In this document: positions 59,486 through 64,000 of the stretch, piece after piece
How positions within the stretch are numbered: the stretch's first letter is position 1
Layout of the letters: each line of letters begins with the position of its first letter
Assembly (NCBI GenBank): GCA_051859245.1
Contig: JBHYGA010000005.1
Coordinates: 891,537-955,536, forward strand
From: Gemmatimonadaceae bacterium
GTDB taxonomy: Bacteria > Gemmatimonadota > Gemmatimonadetes > Gemmatimonadales > Gemmatimonadaceae
Direction of reading: 5' to 3'
DNA length: 64,000 nucleotides
Position numbers and translations under genes: made by a program
Notes under the pieces: model-generated
What the model was told of the DNA's origin: nothing
Databases searched by the model: none
The model's input: only the letters and a program-made list of their open reading frames with translations

Positions 59486-60391
59486 ATGTCGTTGTCCGAA
59501 CGGCCAGCGCGCACGACGCCGCCGGACGGATTGTTGCTCGTGGACAAACCCGTCGGCGTCACATCGCATGATGTGGTCGCGCAAGTGCGCCGTGCCTTGC
59601 GTACGAAACGCGTAGGACATGCGGGTACGCTGGACCCATTTGCCACCGGCCTGCTCGTGTGTGCGGTAGGACAATGCACACGCCTGCTACCGTACGTGCA
59701 CGGCGAGCCCAAAGTGTACCGTGCTCGCATTGCGTTTGGTGTAGCCACGAACACCGATGACGCCACCGGCATTCCCGTTGCGCACGGCGGCGCGCCGGAT
59801 TTTTCGCGACTTGGCGATGCATTGACGTCATTGACGGGCGCACTGTCGCAAACTCCGCCGGCGTACTCGGCCAAGCATGTAAACGGTGAGCGCGCATACG
59901 CACGCGCACGACGCGGTGAAGACGTGCAGCTCGCTCCGGTGCAGGTGACCGTGTACGAATGGAAGGAACTGGCGCGCGGCGACGACTGGATCGATGTCGA
60001 CATCACCTGCGGTGGTGGCACCTACGTGCGTGCACTGGCGCGCGATCTTGGTGTGGCGCTCGGCACGGTTGCGCACTGCGCCACACTGCGGCGGTTGAGC
60101 AGCGGCGCGTTGTCGGTACGTGATGCCGTGCCGTACAGCGCACTGGTACGTGATGCGCAATTGCCGGTACTGAATCCGCTCGCGTCACTCAGTGAACTGG
60201 CCACACAGCCACTCACGTCAGACGCCATGAACGCGTTGCGCACCGGTCGACAGATCGCAGCCACGGTTGTGGGCGAACGGGCCGCGCTGGTGGCACCAGA
60301 CGGGCGCGTTGTGGGCGTGGCGGAGCGTGTGTCCGCGCCCATCGGTGATCGTTGGCAGCCGCGCGTTGTGCTGCTCGGCGAGGATGCATGA
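59486..60391 (+). CDS. truB: tRNA pseudouridine(55) synthase
   Basis: [28 protein letters not shown] and [10 protein letters not shown]. Confidence 0.95.
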   Translation: MSLSERPARTTPPDGLLLVDKPVGVTSHDVVAQVRRALRTKRVGHAGTLDPFATGLLVCAVGQCTRLLPYVHGEPKVYRARIAFGVATNTDDATGIPVAHGGAPDFSRLGDALTSLTGALSQTPPAYSAKHVNGERAYARARRGEDVQLAPVQVTVYEWKELARGDDWIDVDITCGGGTYVRALARDLGVALGTVAHCATLRRLSSGALSVRDAVPYSALVRDAQLPVLNPLASLSELATQPLTSDAMNALRTGRQIAATVVGERAALVAPDGRVVGVAERVSAPIGDRWQPRVVLLGEDA

Positions 60392-61329
60392 TGATCGTGG
60401 TGCAGGATCCGTCGGAGATTGTGTGGCCGGCTGAGCGGGAAGGGGCCGCGATTACGGTGGGCACGTTTGACGGCGTGCACCGCGGACATCAGGATGTGGC
60501 GACGCGACTGGTGCAACTTGCCCGCGCGCGAAACCTGATGAGCGTTGTGATCACCTTTGATCCGCATCCGCTTGACATCGTGAATCCCGCCGCCGCTCCA
60601 CCGCTTCTCACCACGCGTGAAGAGAAGCTTGCAGCGTTATCGCGCACGGGGGTGGATGTGGTGGTTGTGCTGCCCTTCACGCCGGCGCTCGCGGCGCTGA
60701 GTGCTGATGCGTTTGTGGACGAGATTTTGCGTTCACAGTGCAAACTGCACGCGTTGCTGATTGGACACGATCACGGGTTTGGTCGCAATCGCATGGGTGA
60801 CGCGAGTGTGCTGCAGGAGTTGGGCAAGTCGCGCGGATTTACCGTCGACCTGGTGGAGCCGGTGCAGGCCGGGGAAGGGCATCCGGTCTCGTCCACAGCG
60901 ATCCGCCGTGCCGTGGCTGGAGGCGATCTGGCGCGGGCCGCGTTGGGGCTCGGGCGGCCGTATTCTGTTGCCGGAACCGTCGTGCACGGCGAAAAGCGCG
61001 GTCGGCTGCTGGGCTTTCCCACGCTCAACGTGGGCCCGATTACCGACCGCAAACTGCTACCACCCGACGGTGTCTACGCGGTGAGGGCCATTTTGCCGGA
61101 TGGCACGTATGGCGGCATGGTGAACCTCGGTGGGCGTCCCACGTGGGACGAGACCGAGCGTAAGCTGGAGGCGCATTTGTTCGACGCCGCCGGCGACTGG
61201 TATGGCCAGCCCGTGCAGATCGATTTTCTCGCTCGGCTCCGTGAAGTGCGTCGCTTTGACAACGCCGAGGCGCTGCGGGCACAATTGGCTATGGACGAGG
61301 CCTTGGCGCGAGACGTACTGAGCCTCTAA
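60388..61329 (+). CDS. ribF: Bifunctional riboflavin kinase/FAD synthetase
   Basis: [24 protein letters not shown] and EAHLFD. Confidence 0.95.
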   Translation: MMIVVQDPSEIVWPAEREGAAITVGTFDGVHRGHQDVATRLVQLARARNLMSVVITFDPHPLDIVNPAAAPPLLTTREEKLAALSRTGVDVVVVLPFTPALAALSADAFVDEILRSQCKLHALLIGHDHGFGRNRMGDASVLQELGKSRGFTVDLVEPVQAGEGHPVSSTAIRRAVAGGDLARAALGLGRPYSVAGTVVHGEKRGRLLGFPTLNVGPITDRKLLPPDGVYAVRAILPDGTYGGMVNLGGRPTWDETERKLEAHLFDAAGDWYGQPVQIDFLARLREVRRFDNAEALRAQLAMDEALARDVLSL

Positions 61330-61412
61330 GTTACAAGGCTATATCGCACTTTCCTCGTCGCGCGCCTCAGGGGCGCCGCGACGGTCAATCACGTCTCCAG
61401 CCACAAGCCGCG

Positions 61413-63071
61413 ATGGCGAACATCAGGAATCGCCTCCTAATCATTCTCGGATGCGTCCTCGTTTCTGTCTGGGCGCTCTTTCCGCGAACCGTCATCGAGC
61501 GCGTGAAGCGCGACGGTGTGTTCGTGTATGACACTGTGCAACGCGTCCCGCTCAAGAAGGGACTCGACTTGCAGGGCGGCATGCACCTTACGCTCGAAGT
61601 CGATGAATCGCGTCAGGCTGTCGCCGACAAGTCGGAAGCACTCGATCGTGCACTCAAGGTGATCCGTCAGCGCATTGACGAGTTCGGTGTGTCCGAGCCC
61701 GTGGTGCAGAAAGTTGGCGATGATCGCATCGTGGTCGAGTTGCCTGGTGTTGATGATCCGGAACGTGCGCAGTCTGTCGTGTCTGAAGCGGCGTTCCTGC
61801 AGTTCCAGATTACGGATGAATCCGGTGCGCTTGAGCGCGTGATTTCACGTCTCGACGAAGCCGCGCGTGCCGCTGGCGTTGGCACCACGATTGCACTCGC
61901 CGGTGGTGACACGGCGCAGCGTGTTGGCGTCACATCGCTGTTCGGCGCCGATAGCGCCGCGAAGGATTCCACGCCGGCCGATTCCACCAAGGCCGACACG
62001 GCTGCTGCTGCGCCGAATGCTCGTGGCATCTTCTCGAACGGCATTTCGCAGGGGCAGTTGCCGGGCCAGTACATCGTGCGCGCTGAAGCGTACGACGCGA
62101 TTGCGGCAGCGCTGCAAGTGCCGTCGGTTCAGGCGGTGATTCCGCCGGGCAAGGCGCTCAAGTGGGGCACCGAAGAGATTGTCGCGCCAGGTGGTGAGAG
62201 CTACCGCGAGCTGTACATGCTCGATGCGAAGCCGATCATTACCGGTGAGTACCTTACCGACGCGCGGCCGAGTACGGATCCCGTTGACGGCAACGTAGTT
62301 ACGTTTACGCTGAACAACGAAGGCGGCCGTCGCTTCAAGAACGAGACGGCCAAGAATCTCAAGAAGAACATGGCCATCGTGCTCGACGATCAGGTCGTCA
62401 CCGCGCCAACGATTCAGAGCCCAATTGGCCGCAATGGTCAGATCACGCTGGGCGGCTCCACGCTGCAGCAGGCGCAGGACCTCGCGCTGGTGCTGCGCGC
62501 CGGTGCGTTGCCGGTGCCGCTCAAGATCACGGAAGTGCGCAATATCGGTGCAAGCCTGGGTCAGGACTCGATCGATAAAGGCATTATGGCTCTCGGTATT
62601 GCCATCGCGCTGGTCGTGATCATCATGGTCGGCTATTATCGTTTTGCCGGCATGCTGGCGGTTGCCGCACTTGCACTGTACGTGCTCTACACGTTGGCTG
62701 TGCTGGCCGGCTTTGATGCCGTGATCACGCTGCCTGGCTTGGCCGGGTTTGTACTCTCCGTTGGTATCGCCGTCGACGCGAACGTGCTGATTTTCGAGCG
62801 CATTCGTGAAGAGCTCGACGGTGGCAAGTCGGTTCGACTTGCCATCGATGAAGGCTTCCGTCATGCGCTCTCAGCGATTGTTGACTCCAGTGTCACCACG
62901 ATTCTGTCCGGTGCGGTGCTGTATCAGTACGGCTCGGGACCGGTGCGTGGTTTTGCGGTAACCCTCATCGCGGGCGTGGTGGCGTCGCTCTTTACGGCGC
63001 TGTTCGTCAGCAGGACCTTCTTCATGCTCTGGCTGCAGCAGACCCGCGGCGCCAAGGCGTTGAGCATCTGA
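61413..63071 (+). CDS. secD: Protein translocase subunit SecD
   Basis: [24 protein letters not shown] and [15 protein letters not shown]. Confidence 0.97.
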   Translation: MANIRNRLLIILGCVLVSVWALFPRTVIERVKRDGVFVYDTVQRVPLKKGLDLQGGMHLTLEVDESRQAVADKSEALDRALKVIRQRIDEFGVSEPVVQKVGDDRIVVELPGVDDPERAQSVVSEAAFLQFQITDESGALERVISRLDEAARAAGVGTTIALAGGDTAQRVGVTSLFGADSAAKDSTPADSTKADTAAAAPNARGIFSNGISQGQLPGQYIVRAEAYDAIAAALQVPSVQAVIPPGKALKWGTEEIVAPGGESYRELYMLDAKPIITGEYLTDARPSTDPVDGNVVTFTLNNEGGRRFKNETAKNLKKNMAIVLDDQVVTAPTIQSPIGRNGQITLGGSTLQQAQDLALVLRAGALPVPLKITEVRNIGASLGQDSIDKGIMALGIAIALVVIIMVGYYRFAGMLAVAALALYVLYTLAVLAGFDAVITLPGLAGFVLSVGIAVDANVLIFERIREELDGGKSVRLAIDEGFRHALSAIVDSSVTTILSGAVLYQYGSGPVRGFAVTLIAGVVASLFTALFVSRTFFMLWLQQTRGAKALSI

Positions 63072-63078
63072 GTCGTCC

Positions 63079-64000
63079 ATGATCCGCATTTTTCATAACA
63101 CCACGTTCGACTTCATCAAGCATTGGCGCACCGCCGCAATTGCGACGGTCGCGTTCATTGCACTTGGTCTGGGTTCGTTTGCCGTCACCGGCGGCGTGAA
63201 GTACTCCATCGAGTTTACCGGTGGAACCCTCATGCAGCTCGAGTTCAAGTCGCCGCCTGATGTCGCGGCCATCCGCTCGACGGTCGAATCCGCTGGCGTT
63301 GCCGGCGCCGAAATCACGCAGTACGGTGAAGCCACGTCGTACACCGTGCGCGCGCAGGACGAAGCATCCGTTGAAGCACAGGACTCGGGCGCAGCAAGTG
63401 TCGCCAAGCGTATCGAGGATGCGCTTACGCAGCGTTTTGGCGCCGATGAGGTGACCGTCGTACGGACCGAGGGCGTGGGTCCAAAGGTCGGTGCGGAGCT
63501 GCGTCGGGGTGCTATCCTGGCAATGATCATCACGTCCTTCATCTCGCTCATCTATCTCGCGATTCGCTTCGACTGGCGCTTCGGTACGGCGGCTGTGCTG
63601 TCGCTCGTGCACGACGTGTTGCTCACGTTCGCGTTTATCAAGCTCTTCAACATCGAAGTGTCCCTCACGGTCGTTGCCGCGATCCTGACGGTACTCGGTT
63701 ATTCAGCCAACGACACGATCATCATCTTTGACCGCGTTCGCGAAAATCTGAAGAAGAATCGCAAGGCAAACCTGTACGACACGGTCAATCGTTCAATCAA
63801 CGAAACGATTGGTCGCTCGGTGCTCACGCATGCCACAACGTTGGCGGCAACGCTCGGCTTGTTGTTCTTTGCCGGTCAGGTGCTGCGTCCGTTCTCCATC
63901 GTCATGGCGTTCGGCGTGATTGTGGCCGTGTTCAGCTCCATGTACGTGGCATCGTCACTGCTCATTTACATCGAGCATCGCTACCCGCGCGACACGGACG
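63079..64000 (+). CDS. secF: Protein translocase subunit SecF (runs off the window edge)
   Basis: Read from the sequence, not in the ORF track: MIRIFHNTTFDF, IEFTGG, VGPKVG.EL, HDV and GYSANDTIIIFDRVRE. Confidence 0.95.
   Translation, partial: MIRIFHNTTFDFIKHWRTAAIATVAFIALGLGSFAVTGGVKYSIEFTGGTLMQLEFKSPPDVAAIRSTVESAGVAGAEITQYGEATSYTVRAQDEASVEAQDSGAASVAKRIEDALTQRFGADEVTVVRTEGVGPKVGAELRRGAILAMIITSFISLIYLAIRFDWRFGTAAVLSLVHDVLLTFAFIKLFNIEVSLTVVAAILTVLGYSANDTIIIFDRVRENLKKNRKANLYDTVNRSINETIGRSVLTHATTLAATLGLLFFAGQVLRPFSIVMAFGVIVAVFSSMYVASSLLIYIEHRYPRDTD

Noticed and set aside
61330..61412. Arrest-peptide ORF upstream of secDF
   Set aside because: The gap is only 83 nt, with a GC hairpin (61356-61383) and no suitable ORF.

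Overview
GC-rich bacterial chromosomal segment. Gene content and order suggest Gemmatimonadota; this is an inference, not a database result. (1) 1-15.8 kb is a tightly coupled + strand run: scpB-rluB, a MoxR/DUF58/VWA (Bat-type) cluster, then mutL-miaA-bshA-uppP-birA-coaX. (2) groES-groEL follow, under a perfect CIRCE operator. (3) A - strand cluster runs roadblock protein, receiver protein, manC, GlmU-like protein, MBL hydrolase, SulP and beta-carbonic anhydrase. (4) A + strand run holds a lipoprotein, serS, a histidine kinase, pcrA and gatCAB. (5) An accessory-looking stretch at about 33.4-50 kb carries a Ser/Thr kinase-TPR protein, DinB, HAD, a split YeeE pair, a globin, an ECF sigma, a PAS hybrid kinase, lipoproteins, two amino-acid transporters and an ankyrin protein. 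(6) murA-pgeF and rimP-nusA-L7Ae-infB-rbfA-truB-ribF-secD-secF close the window, with a rimP-leader attenuator. I saw no rRNA, tRNA, CRISPR array, transposase or integrase. The most interesting leads are: a CutF/CruR-like exported leader ORF (signal peptide, CxxC, terminal PPP) ahead of the amino-acid transporter operon; a beta-carbonic anhydrase lacking its first zinc-ligand Cys, next to SulP; recurrent D-S/T-hydrophobic motifs in exported domains that match the Bacteroidota O-glycosylation sequon; a Cys-to-Asp MurA; and an ECF sigma separated from a plausible partner kinase and followed by a globin with a damaged N-terminus.
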